Made by a program: the position numbers and the translations under genes. A DNA stretch of 52,474 bases. It comes from Lama guanicoe (Eukaryota). Position 1 is the first letter of the stretch. Each line of letters opens with the position of its first letter. Under the pieces are notes generated by a model. It had not been told where the DNA came from, did not search any database, and worked only from the letters and a program-made list of their open reading frames with translations. Positions 23,431-36,784 of the stretch are shown here, piece by piece. The DNA lies in assembly GCA_013239625.1 (NCBI GenBank), contig MU053472.1, positions 2,187,236 through 2,239,709 of the forward strand, written 5' to 3'.

Positions 23431-26400
23431 ATTTCAGTTCATCAAGATGGCAATCCTAAACATTTATACATCTGTTAACAGAGCTCCAAAATACATGAAG
23501 CAAGAACTGACAAAACTTAAAGGAGAAGTGGACAAGTCCACAATTTCAAAACTCATTGCTCAATAATTGATAGAACAAGTTGACAGAAAACCAGTTTAGG
23601 TACACAAGACTTGAATACATTATCATCCGTGGACATTCCAACCAACAAAAGCAGGATGCACACTTGTATCAAGGGTTCATGGAACATTTACCAAGATAGA
23701 CCACACGTTGGGCCATAACACAAGTCTCAATAAATTTAAAATGGTATCTCACACAAAGTATGTTTTTGTGGTCACAACACAATTTAATTAGAAATAAGTA
23801 ACAGAAATATATCTTTATAATCCCCAGATATTTAGAAACTAAACAATATACTTCTAAATAACCCATGAGTCAAAGAAGAAATCACAAAGGAAATTAGAAA
23901 GTATTTTGACTAGAGAGAAATTTTTAGTACTAAAACTCTATACTGGAAAAGAAGAAAAGTCTCAAATAATTGATCTCAACTTATACCTTAAGCAACTAGA
24001 AAAGGAAGAGCAGATTAAGCTGAAAGTAAGCAAAAGCAGGAAATAATAAAGGACAGAATAGAAATCAATAAAATACAAGAAAGCAATCAAGAAAATCAAT
24101 AAAACCAAAAGCTAGTACTCTATGAAAATCAATGTAATTGATAAAACTCTAACCAGATTAATCAGGAAAAATAAAAGAAGATATAAATTATTAATATCAG
24201 AATAAAAGAGTATATTGCTAAAGACCCTACAGGTATTTAAAGGATAATAAAAGAATACTTTGAACAATTTTATGCTCATAAATTTGATAGCTTGAATTAA
24301 GTAGAAAAAAATCCTCTGACTTGATCTACCAAAGCTCCCTCAAGAAGAAATAGATAACCTGAACAGCCCTCTATCTAGTAATTGAAGCTGTTAAAAACAG
24401 TCCTGCAGAGAAAACTTCATTCTGAATCCTACCTAACACTTAAGGAAGAAAGAATGTCCATTCTACACAAACATCCAGAGAAGTAAAGAGTAGGGGCTAT
24501 TTCTCAACTCGTTCTATGAGGCGAGCATCACCTTGATACCAAAGCCATCATAGATATTACAAGAAAATAAAACTATAGACGAATATCCCTAACCCACACA
24601 GAGGTAATAATTATAAATAAAAGTTTATCAAATCCATCAATACATAAAAATGGTAATACTTGAGAGTAAAATCGGATTTTCCCAGGAATGAAAGGTAGAC
24701 TTAACGTTCAAAAATAAATCAATGTTAAACACTTTTATAACACACTAAAAAAGAAAAGAAAAGAACTGTATGATCATTTTATAGATACAGAAAAAATCAT
24801 TTAACAAAATCCAACATTCATTCTTGATTTAAAAAAAAACACTCAGCAAATGGGACTAGAAGAAAACTTCTTCAAGTTGTTAAAAGGTATTTACAAGCAA
24901 TCTACATCTAACATCATATTTAATGGTAAATGATTGAATGCTTTCTCCTTAGACTCAGTAACAAAACAAGTCTGTCTCCCCCCCATGCGTATTTAATATT
25001 GCACTGGAGGTTTTATTCAGTGCAATAAGCAAGAAGAATTTAAAAGCTTCTTGTTGGAAAGGAAGTCTTTACTGACAGATGACATGATCATTTGATATGA
25101 CTATGCAAAATACCCAGTGCAGTATACAAAACTCTACTGGAACTAATAAAGGGGTTGAGCAAGGTTGCAGGACACAAGACACGTGTACAAAAATTAATTA
25201 TGTCTTTGTATATCAACAACAAACATTCAGAAATTTAAATTAAAAACAGCAATAGCATAAAATACAAAATATCTAGGAATAAATATGACAAAAGATGTAC
25301 AAGACCTGTGCGTGAAAACTACACAACATTGCTGAGAAAAATTAAACAAGACCCCCCCAAAGTGGAGAGAGATACCTGTTCATGCATGGATGACACAATA
25401 TTTTTAAGATGTCAATTCTTCCCAATTGCAATCTTAATCAAAATTCACGTGAGCTTTTTTTGGTGTAAATTGTAAAGCTGAATCTAAAATTCATATGGAG
25501 GTGCAAAGGATCTAGAATGTTAAATACAACTTCAATAAAGAAGAATAAAGTTGGAGGATTAAGACTACCTGATTTGACGATTTGTAAAGCTACAGTAATC
25601 AAGACAGTGTGGTATTGTAAAGACAGAAAATAAATAAATGGAACAGAATAGAGAGTTCAAAAATAGACCCACACGTATGGACAACTTATTTTCAATAAAA
25701 GTGCAAAGGCAATCCAGTGGAGAGAAAAATCCACTGGATTCATTTCAACAAATGTTGCTGGAACAATTGGATACAAAAAAGTAAACTTGGACCCATATCT
25801 TGCACATATACAAACATTACCCAAAAGTGCATCATAGACCCAAAGCTTCTAAAAAATATAGGAGAAAAATCTCTGCAACCTGGGGTTAGGCAAAGATTTC
25901 TTAGTTGTGATATCAAAGCATGACAAATTTGACTTCATCAAAATCTAAAGCTTCTTTTTTTTTTAACCACTGTTATGAAAATGAAAGACAAGCCACAGAC
26001 TGAAAAAAAAATTTGCAAAGCATATATTTGATAAAGGACTTAAATCCAGAATGTATAAAGAGAATTCTCAAAACTCAGTAATAAGATAACAACCCAATTT
26101 TTAAAAATGGGCACAAGATTTGACCAGATACCTCAGCAAATAAGATGCATGTATTGCATGAAAACACATGAAAAGATGCTCAATATCATTAGTCATTAGG
26201 GAAATGTAAATTAAAATCACAGTAAAATGCCACCACACACCTACTAGAATGGCTAAAATTTAAAAACCTGATCATATCAAATGTTTCCAAAAACATGGAG
26301 GAACTGAAACTTTTATGCTTTTGGTAGGAATGTAAAATGGTATAATCACTTTGGAAAAGTTTGCCAGTTTCTCAAAAAGTTAAACATGCATCTACCATAT

Positions 26401-26970
26401 TATTTAGCTCTTCCACTCCTATGTGTTTACCCAAGGGAAATGAGAGTATATGCCCATACTTGTAAATGAGTGGTCATAGCTGTTTTATCTGCAATAGCCC
26501 AAAATTGAAAATAACCCAAATGTGAATGAAGAAACAAATTTTGGCATAGTCATATATGCAGCAATACTCAGCAATAAAAGGGAATGAACTATTGTTATGT
26601 GCAACAACATACGTGAATCTCAAAATAATTATAAGCTAAAGAAACTAGACAAAAAAGAATACATATTCTATGATCCTATTCATATAAGATTCTAGTAAAT
26701 GCAAATTAATCTACGGTGACTGAAAACTGATCAGTGGTTGTTTGGGGATGGGGATGAGGGGTGGGGGAGAAAGAGGTGGGAGGAAGGGACTACTAAGAGC
26801 CATGAAACAACTTTTTGAGGTGATGGACATGTTTATGATCTTGATTGTGTTGATGGTTTCATGGGTTACAAATGCATCCAAACTTGTCAAACTGCACACT
26901 GTAAATATGTGCAACTTATTGTATGTTAATTATATATCAGTTAAAAATGAATAGAAAAGAAATAAATTGA
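23430..26970 (+). mobile_element. Older degraded L1 (ORF2 EN-RT through 3' UTR; L1MC/MD-like)
   Basis: Colinear ORF2 remnants including acagatgacatgat (ADD motif region, ~25075) and A-rich tail. Confidence 0.9.
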
Positions 26971-26979
26971 ACAGAACTA

Positions 26980-27900
26980 TTTGAAGCACTAGAAGAAAAT
27001 AAAACATACTATTTTCATAACCTGGGCGAGGAAGACCTTTCTTAGCATGCACTAAAGCTGGAAACTATCAATAAAAAGACTAATAAAATTGGCTGCATAA
27101 TTGACCACAAGTTGACACACAACATAAATCAAGTTAAAGGGATAAACTTCAACATATGATATAGGGGGTTAATATCTTCATAAAAGCCTCTTATGAATCA
27201 GTAAGAAAAAGAGGCATACTTAGAAAACTAGGGAAAAGGCATGCATTTTCTGGTACTTCACAAATGAAGAAATCTAAAATTGTCAATAAATGTGTAAGAT
27301 GCGCTACTCCATCACATCTAATTGGCAAATATTAGAAAAATGGACTATATATACACAGGGGAGGGGAGGGTGTGGGGTACTCTCATACACTGTTGGTCGC
27401 ACTGTAAATTTATATATTGATCAGCATAACTCTCAGAGAGCAATTTGATGAGGTATATAAAACTTTAAAATGTCTAAACATTTAACCCAGTAATTTCAAG
27501 TTTTAGAAATTTATTCCAAGGAAATCATTAAACAAATGCAACATTGTTTATAATAGCCTTAAACTGAACACAACTGAAATGTCCATCAATAGAGAGATTC
27601 ATTAAATCACTGTGGTTTACCTATAGGGAATTAACTATGACCAGAATACTATGTCATCATTAGAAATTATTTTTATCTGTATTGACACACAAAGATACCC
27701 AGGATATATTAAGTGAAAAAAAGTCAGTTTGCAAAGCACTATGCATTAAGTATATTTTAAAAGTATTTTGTTAGGAAAAAATCCTAGAAGGATATACAGA
27801 AGAGTGTTAACAACAGTTTTCTCTGAAAGGTGAGATTATAGATAGAATTTCTAGTTTTGAGACTTTTGTTGTTACTTGATTTTTACAACAAAAAGTATTA
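26980..27900 (+). mobile_element. Very old L1 (L1ME-like) 3' fragments
   Basis: ctctcatacactgttggt, aatgtccatcaatagag. Confidence 0.6.
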
Positions 27901-28854
27901 TTTTTTAAGTGTGAAAAATCAGTAAAAGGTGTTTGTTTTAGAAAAATTTCTGTTCTAATGTTAGTCAATGAGAATTTTATAACGAAATTATGAATAAAGT
28001 TCACTCCTACCTAGGGTTTTAAATGTCCTAATTTGTTCACTGAAAGCTTTTAGAAAGTGTTTCTTCTATCAAAAGATCATGGACAATTTTCTTGAATTGT
28101 AACTTTAAAACGTTTATAGGCAATTTTTCCTAACCAAACAGTTTTGAGCATGAAAAGTACAAGATTTTGGACTTGTATAACCAGTTCTGAGTAAAATATA
28201 TCTATCATCACTTTGTGAGATGACTTCCCACTAAACAAACACCTGGGCTAAGAAAATTAATGGATAAACCAATATTGCAAGCCTGGGCTACATTCATATA
28301 TATTGGATTAGTTTTCATTCACATCATTATTTCTTGTTGAAAAGTATCCCATTTAAATAGTTTAAAAATTCACTTTTCACAATATATTGTCACATTTAAA
28401 TATACACTGAAAATACTCTGGATAATGTTACACAAAAGCTATGAAACTCTGTAATGATTTTTTAAAAGATACTGTATAATAATTGTATGTCCTATATATT
28501 TACAAGTGAAAATAAAGCATTATGAAGAACACCAGCTGTTAAAATAGTATCTCATAATGAACTACCTTCAAAAACTCACATCAAAGAATGTTGGCAAGAT
28601 GAAGGCATGAATAAAGGTAGTAAGTTATATATCAAGTATGAATTACATCACTTCTTTGCATCAAATTTTATCACTGTTGTCTATGACAATTCAAACAAAC
28701 AAACAAACAAAATCCTCAAACACATTATAAATCATGCACCCTCTTATACACACTCTTAAGCAAAAACACCTACCAGGTATATAATCAAATTAAAATTGTA
28801 GGAGAGATTTATTAGCTTGTAGACGTTCCTAATTATTTGAAAAACTTGTCTTAC

Positions 28855-28890
28855 GTTCAATAGCAACATCATTCAAGAGCACATTTCAGT
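28855..28890 (-). pseudogene. Candidate 36-nt pseudo-exon
   Basis: cccctctcctaag|A...AAC|gtaaga. Phase-1 reading *NVLLNDVAIE, a plausible start of the RGS module completed at 18.7 kb. Confidence 0.45.
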
Positions 28891-30148
28891 CTTAGGAGAG
28901 GGGATCAGATTATTATAAAGGTGATCACAGAGAGTGTTTATTAAGTTGACATTTCAGGGCAAGGAAAATTTTTCACAAGTACTACGGGTTTTATTCTGTA
29001 ATACACACAATAGTGCTCAGCCTTTGTTACTAGCTAGCAAGCTTGCTATGTGTAGAAGATAGAATACTGTGGAAGGTATACTGGGGTAGGGGCAACACAG
29101 AGGGAAAAGGGTAAGATTTATTACCTTCAATTATTTTTGTTAAAAACTCTCCTCAGGGCACAGGCACATAATATATTGTACTTTCCATTACTTAGTGCAA
29201 ATGTAAAACATATCTAAAAAACACATTTCATCCCTATAACATATTAAAATAACAAGTAGGATGTCATGACGTTAATTTGACAGATGGACTGTCATTTAGC
29301 AATGTTGTACGACATTAGTTAACAGCAAATTAATATCATCATACCCAATTTTTCTTAATATCTAGAAGCTATCAGATTAGGATAAGTTCTCTAGTAAGGT
29401 ATCTTTGATTTGTTTACTAATCTAAGAAGACAAAATAGCCAGCTAAAATTATGTAAATATAACCTACATATAATTTTAAAATAACTATGTTCCAAAAATT
29501 TTAGAACTAATGGTAGAATAATCTAAAAACTCTGATTTTAGCCATCCCTCGAATTTTATCCTTCACTAAGGTATTGATTTTTTTTTGACAAGTTCACATG
29601 TACATTATGAATTGACTCATAAAAATTTTCAGCATATTGTACTAGGTTTATTATAACCACCCTTACTATATATTAAGACCAGTATCTTTTCATCAACACC
29701 AGCTGTTAAACAAACTCAAGTGACACAGTAGATTCATGATTAGTCCACAGAAAAGAAAGCAAAAAGAGTGACATAAATTTAATTTCATTACACTTTGGCA
29801 TCTAAAACCACATTTTTATGCCCTACTGAACCACAGATGACTTCTCTATTGTAAAACAGTCTTGATCTATACAATTTTAGTAACAACAACATTTACCAAA
29901 TGGATGTTAATTTTAGTTTAAAGTTTTCATATTAAAAGTTGATGTTTTCTGACATAATTTTAATAGTTTTGGAATAATGTGAGAAATTATTTCTTGCAAA
30001 TTTATCCCCAATGATAATTTAAGTGTTTCTGCAGATATTTTAGGTTACTATTTTTTCTTTATCTAATATACAAAGGGAGGGGTAAAAGAGGAAGGAGAAA
30101 TTCTAGCCTAATATCAGAGTTTAAATGAAAACATCAGCTTAATTTTAC

Positions 30149-30213
30149 CCTGTTCTTGAAGCAGGAACAGGAAGGGCAGCAAAACATGGCTTGAAACCTG
30201 TAGCAGCTACAAT
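30149..30213 (-). pseudogene. Candidate 65-nt pseudo-exon
   Basis: ttttatgtttttgtag|A...AGG|gtaaaa. Reads IVAATGFKPCFAALPVPASRT; GC-richer island in AT-rich intron. Confidence 0.45.
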
Positions 30214-31497
30214 CTACAAAAACATAAAATAGTGATGTTTTAGCATTAAAACAGACCTGCTTTTCTGTAAAAGGACTTGTGGTAACCATACTTCTTAGCA
30301 AAGAAGTTATAATTTCCTGATGAAACTAAAGAAGACCTGATTTCAGGAATGTTTGTATAAAGCTTAAGGAAGCAATTTACGTGCTTTTTGTTTAAAATTT
30401 TCAAATTCTACCTCCTTGGAGAAGCTAACTCATTCCACGTCAATACCATATAACTAACTTCTCTAGCTGTCTTATGTATGTTAATTCAGTCACTCTCCTT
30501 GGATTTTACATTCTTTGAAAGTAGGGACCATGTATTAAACTTCCCCTTCATTTCTTTTATTAGCACAGTATTAAGCATATAATATGTATTCAATAAATAC
30601 TTGATTGTGAAATTCTAGTAGTGTTTATCCATTTAAAAAACTAGATGTATCTTTCACCCCCGAAGTCCAATTCTATTAGATAAGTCTGTCTGCCTTTTCT
30701 CCTTATGACTTATGCTGACTCTCATTTTTACTTCATTCTATTTTTTCACTCCTGAACACTTTCCTTTTTCTTTTTTCTGCCTCTCAGGATACAGGATACA
30801 CAAATGTACACACAAACACAATACCAAGTATAGTACTTTCAAAAATTACATACTATAAAATGTATTACAATTTTATATAATTGGTGATTAGAATTTTACA
30901 TATAAATGATGAGTACACTTTGTATCTTATTGCCTTACGAGAAATCTAAAAAACTAAATAAAGATGATTTTTTAATGTTACCTGAAATTGATTTTTCCCA
31001 CTAAAATTACTGATCCTTTTTTCTAATGGTTGGTCTACATTATCCCAAAATATAGCACTGATTTCACTCAAATGTTATTTTACTACTTAAAACATTTAAT
31101 TGTATTAATTTCTTGAAAACTGTGTGTTTTACTACATTTGCCAATTCCATTGGAAGGAAGAAATTGTTGTTATTAATAAAAGAGGATATTTTAAAAAATC
31201 ATTCTTGATTTCTTCTCATGGTAGTGTTAGCCGTCTTATCTCAACTTTAATGCTCAGTCATTCCTAGATTATAAGCCATATCTCTTTTTAACTTATGATT
31301 ATTTTAGGAGAATGTACATTTAGTATAGCAATTGATACACAGACCTGGAACTTAGTAGGAAACTTAAACTCCCAACTTTCTAAAATAAAAATATTATGGC
31401 TGCTCAGTTTCTATGTCTGTAAGATTTGAACATTTGTCATTCATTCGTCATTCATAAGTAAATCTATTATGTCAATTGTAAGTGATATTAACAAAAC

Positions 31498-32090
31498 TGT
31501 AAGCAGATAGGGTAGGGGGTCCCCGGAGAAAGAGAACCAGCCATGGCTTTCTTGACATAAGAGACGCCATTTTTGGCCTGAGCCATTTTGTGATCTAAGC
31601 CTGGCCACAAGGAACTGGTCTCAGTAATTAATGATCTCAATGGAAGTGGGGGAGTGCAAAAAGAAAGGAGAAGCAGTAGCAAGAAGCAATAGTTCAGCAA
31701 TAAGAGTCTTAGTTCCTCCTCAAGAGATACACATAACAATCTGATGTGCGTCTTTGAGTTCTTCAGGAACAAAGGTTCCCACCCAGCTGGAGGATGGAAT
31801 GATAATGTTGACCCTCGTGACTTCAGTCAACTAAAGCTTGGACTCTGTCAACCTTTGCCCCAGTTCTATGCTGAATTACTCTGCTCAAGTCCTTTCATGA
31901 ATATGCATGTACCCTTAGTTTAAAACTTCCCCAGTTTTGCTGTTTGGGGAGACACTGCTTTGGGAAAGATCCTTGGCATTCTCCCTACTTGCGGCAAGTA
32001 ATAAGAAAACCTTCCTTCTCCCAGTCTTTGGCTTGGTTGTGTCTTTTGGCTTGACATCCACCAAGAGGCGAAACCAGTTTTCGGGTAACA
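31498..32090 (+). mobile_element. ERV1-like solo LTR, 593 bp
   Basis: TGTAAG...GGTAACA termini; flanks aaac/aaag (4-bp TSD with one mismatch); TATA-like tttaaaa at ~31919. Confidence 0.75.
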
Positions 32091-32736
32091 AAAGGGCAAA
32101 TCAGATCTGGTAACTTGATTTACACAATGCAATATTATTATACTATACTATATATATTATACTATATTATATCATCTGAACATCAAGTTATTTTACAGAA
32201 AATTGTATTTTAAAATCTTGAATTATACTATGAATAAACATGTTGGGCATAGGCTTATGGAAAGTCGGCGTTCAGATATTGGGTTCCTCTTAGTACAATG
32301 TGTGTATGGCTGAAGAAATAAATTATTAAGTATTAGCAAACTGCAACGACACGGATATCATAAATACAAGTTGGCTGATGATAAAGAGAAATATTTCAGT
32401 GGGTAGAAACTGAGTATTTCAAGTACCCTGAATGGTATTTGGCACTTACTTTATGAAATTTAAGGTTTTTCAAAATATAAACCTAGAATCAGAATATTAT
32501 TTTCAGGATTCTGTATCAAATAAGTAACCAGTTATAATGGCTCTTTAAACCTACTTTAAATGTAGTTGTAGAAATAAAAAATTGCAGCTCCCACAAGAGA
32601 CGTATCCAGTGTGACTGCTATTAATTTACTGATTACCTCTGCATGTGAAATTCCATCAGAAGTACTTTTCTAAATATCTCTTTGTGTTTTATTCCAAGGA
32701 CAACTATTTATAACTATAACCATTATGACAGGCAAC

Positions 32737-33465
32737 TGTAGTATAATTAAAACCTGTATCTGATCTTCGTTCCTGCTTTTAAGCACAGAGCTTCAAAAAA
32801 CTTTGCAGTTTCCACAGTGATAGGTGTATCTTTGTTATGCTAAGGAGGTGACTCAAGGCAGGGCCCATAAAAGCTTCAGGATGGGGGCTAGTCACCAGAA
32901 AGACCAACTGATTGGAAGGCTGGGACTTTGGGCCAGCCTAACCTTCTGAGAAAGGAAGTAGATTTGAACATTCAACCAGTGTCCTCCGATTTAATCAGTC
33001 TTGGCCTGTGTTAAGGAAATTATCTGGACATCCAGCTCAGGGGAGCTTCCTGGATGGTGAACATCCAGATGTACTGGTGGCACACCCCGACTCCACAGGG
33101 ACAAAAGGTCCTGCACTTCCACACCTTGCTCTATGTATCTCTTCATCTCACTGTTCATTGTACCCTTTGTAATAAAATGGCACTTATAAGAATAGCACTT
33201 TTTTGAGGTCTGTGAGTCCTTCTAGTGAAATACTGAACTTGAGGAGGTTGTAGGAAGCGCTGCCTGAATTCGTAATAGGCCAGGCAGAAGTGTGGGTGGT
33301 TTAGTGACATCCAAAACTTGCACCTGGCATCGAAGTAGGGGTAGTCTTGTAAAGGACTTTGTCCTAAAACTTCGAAGTCTGACACTAACTCTGGGTAATT
33401 GGCATCAGAATTGAATTGAATTGCAGGCCACCAATTTGGTATCAGAGAATTGGTGTTGGAACACA
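32737..33465 (+). mobile_element. MER21-like ERVL solo LTR
   Basis: TG...CA termini with perfect 5-bp TSD gcaac (32732-32736, 33466-33470); motif agcttcaggatgggggctagtcaccagaaagacc. Confidence 0.8.
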
Positions 33466-34703
33466 GCAACAAACAATTTTATCTTAAGAATTGTAAACTT
33501 TTTATTTCCACCCCGCACCTTGAAATATGTAGCCAAACAATTTAAATGGTCTTTGAAGAAAATATGTCAGAGTGATGTCCCAGCCATCACTCCAGTTGCC
33601 TTTCCTAAATGTTATTTTCATCTTAAATAACAAAACAAAAAATATCAGCAACATTTTTTTAGCAATTAAAATACAGTTGATTTATAATGTGTTAGTTTCA
33701 GATGTACAGCAACGTGACTCAGCTTTCTCTATATGTAGGTTATTACAAGATATTGAATATAATTCCCTGTGCTATACAGTAACACAGCAACAATTTTTAA
33801 AAAACCAACCAGTATGTATCAATATATATGCATAATACATAGGGCATGGAAATAAAAGTGATTGTATGTATATTCAGTGGTCTTTATTACAGTGATTTTT
33901 ATAGAGGTAAAAACTAAACCTCAGTAGAATCTGATTTAATGGGAAAGCAGGAACTAAGATGCCAAAACCCCACAAAACTAGAAATTTAAAAATATAAAAC
34001 ATATTGCAGTTGGAACTTTCTGTTTCATTAATGTCTTTGTGAAAGCGTCTTTGTTAAATATACAATGTCAATTCTACTATTTAAAACAGAATTTATATTA
34101 AACCCTAGATAAAAAGCATTCTGCTAATTTTTTTTTGCAATAAAAGATGCACTGTCATGAAAAAGATTGAATTGCAAATTAAGAGAGCCCTTATATATAA
34201 TACTATACCAAGAGTTAGAAATCTTTGTAAACATTGGTGAATGCCACATGTTTTAAAGAATTATCAATTTCAGAGACTGATGAGAAACAGATGATGTACA
34301 CAGTAAAGTTGCCACAAAGGCTAAGTAAAAGTCTTGGCCACTTTTTTTTTAACCAACATTTAATAGTCAATAGCTCTAAAATATTTGGTAAATGTACTAA
34401 CTAGAACCTGAGGGACGTAGAGAGTTACTTATAAAGAAGAAATGTTAAGATTCAGGGGAAATGTCAATTTCTTTATGATACAATGCATTTCACAATTAAA
34501 ATAATTCATTTGGTGGTAAAACCTGAAAAATACACTTCCCAGCACACCTATCCACTTATCACAGTATAGGAAAATAAGTGGATTTCAATTTGGTGATTTA
34601 ACCTATAGCTTTAAAGCTTTAATAAACAAACTTGAAATTCCAAACTTTAATAATGAAAAGGCCATAACTGAAATGATGTCAACCCTGGATATGAATCTCT
34701 TAC

Positions 34704-34960
34704 CAACACGATGAAAGCCCCACTTGTAGAGCTGCACTTCTGGTCAGCAGCTGCATTTTTGTTTTAATAAAAGGAGAAAGGGTGCCAGCACACCAATGCG
34801 ATCCAAGACATGGTTGCTACATAAGCAGCAGGATTAATTGCTTTTCCAGAAAGCTGGAGTGAGCTCTCCTTCCACTGTCCCATCAGGATCAACTTCCATA
34901 AAACGAGTGTAATAAGATAATGTATTACATACGCCAGTAACTTCTACCAGCAATATTCAG
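34704..34960 (-). pseudogene. Pseudo-exon, 257 nt, phase 2-1
   Basis: ctttgttcag|C...TTG|gtaaga. Reads *ILLVEVTGVCNTLSYYTRFMEVDPDGTVEGELTPAFWKSN*SCCLCSNHVLDRIGVLAPFLLLLKQKCSC*PEVQLYKWGFHRV. Compare recalled RGSL1 NPFRDHLKKLNLKVEIQLLDLW. Confidence 0.7.
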
Positions 34961-35036
34961 CTGAACAAAGCCATCCATATTTATATCAATCAATAAAAAC
35001 TTCATTGCTACATATATTTCAGACACCACATTTTAC

Positions 35037-35133
35037 CTGTGTCTTTTAGATGGAGATAAGGTAGGCTATAAAGAAGCAAAAGCATATTTCCTTGCTCCCT
35101 GAAGGATCTGTCCACCTTTCCTCTAATATCCTC
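35037..35133 (-). pseudogene. Pseudo-exon, 97 nt, phase 1-2
   Basis: ttctttttcctcatctcattatccaag|G...CAG|gtaaaa, followed by a 76-nt intron. Reads GY*RKGGQILQGARKYAFASL*PTLSPSKRH; compare recalled RGSL1 EILSHMQKVALFKLQ. Confidence 0.7.
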
Positions 35134-35990
35134 CTTGGATAATGAGATGAGGAAAAAGAAACATGTATCAGAGATTTTGGAAAAATAGCTCTACCAATCT
35201 GAAGGATCTGATTCACAAACATAAGAACTACAGATCAATTTTAATTGGCACCAAAATGGTCATACTAATCATAATTAGCATGATTTCATGATTGATGAGA
35301 TTTGGATACACCATTTGATTACAGCACACATAGCCATGAGAAGGTACATTTAGGCTGTGATGTACCTTGATGACTTCATAGGCTCCTACTATGCTTTAGA
35401 AGTGAACATAGAGGAGAAAGTTATTTCTAAATTTAAGAAAAGCACAGAAGGAAGCATGGCAAAGGTCACAGTCTAGCCAGAAAAAGAACTCTTTTCTTCT
35501 GGTTCCACAGTCAGGAGCTTATCCACTAAATCATTTGGATTTCCAGACCACAGTCTAAATGTACTTTCTTATGGCTATATGTGGGATAATCAAATGATCT
35601 CCCCAAAACCCATTAATCATTTTGGAAATTATTGGCAAGCCTAAAACCCATAGATTTAAGTTTGCTTCATTGGTACAAAAGTTCTGAGACTATTTTTAAA
35701 ATCCTATCCCATTTATACAAATGATGCCATGTACTATATTAGAACTTGAAGGCTTTCCTTGGAATTTTTTTTTTTAAATAAAGAAGATAGGTGTCTCTCT
35801 TTAGGAGAGCATGTGGATTACTGTCATCTAATGACATGTAAACCATCCCAAGAAAAACCCTTTTCTCAAATGGATGTATTTATTTAAATGAGATGAAAAT
35901 AATTAGATCCTTGCTTCAAATTTGGGCAAGAAATAAAAATAAAATGAAATTAAACTAAAAAATTTTCAATCTTTCATGATTTCTTAATGG

Positions 35991-36010
35991 GTGTGTGTGT
36001 GTGTGTGTGT
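35991..36010. repeat. (GT)10 microsatellite
   Basis: Read directly from the sequence. Confidence 0.95.
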
Positions 36011-36184
36011 AGCACTGAAACTAGGCAAAGGCCAAATCTCTACTTTTACTCAGAAATAGTCCATGATAGCTTTAGGAACAATAATTTTATTTTCCAAGCA
36101 AGCTATCTGTTGCTTAAGATGTTTTAACAATATCAACCCAGCATTTTCTAAATTCTTAATAATTTTTTTCTTTGTAGCCTTTAC

Positions 36185-36350
36185 CTACACTGAGAAAAAA
36201 CATACAATACTATCATCCTCTATTATGATCTCTCTGATGATTTCCAAATGTTTCTTTGCTATGCAGCAGAAGTATATGATTTCTGATCCAGATGCTTTAA
36301 AAAGCTATTCTAACAAAGAAACTTAATCTGAGCTGAACTTGGCACAGATT
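36185..36350 (-). pseudogene. Pseudo-exon, ~166 nt, frameshifted
   Basis: atttttag|A...TAG|gtaaag. One frame reads FKASGSEIIYFCCIAKKHLEI; compare recalled RGSL1 KSPEGGEELVDFWILAENILSI. Confidence 0.55.
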
Positions 36351-36784
36351 CTAAAAATCTATAGGATGATGTTTTGGAAGCTGCTCAAACAAAGGCTGAA
36401 AGAGAAATATGCATCCACAGTCATATATCCCTGGCTGGTAGTAATAAATGAATGATACAGAGTTTTTCCATAAGTGTGGATGAATAGAAGTTAATGCTTA
36501 TAAAACACAAAGTACCAAAACAGTATTTGAGACTGATACTTCTTTTTTTTTTAAAGCCAAAACATCCATTTAATTCATAAGAAGTTATAAATCAAAGAAA
36601 GAAAGATTATATTTACTCTTTTGAAAACTATTCAAGAGCATTCGTGCCCATCTTAAGTAAGGAATTATTTTTATTATAATACACAACAAAATTATAGCAT
36701 GACAGTCTAAAAAATATTAACACAGAGAGATGAGGGCACTTCTAGACAATTTCTTTCAATGAACATGGAATAAGTTGGGTACAA

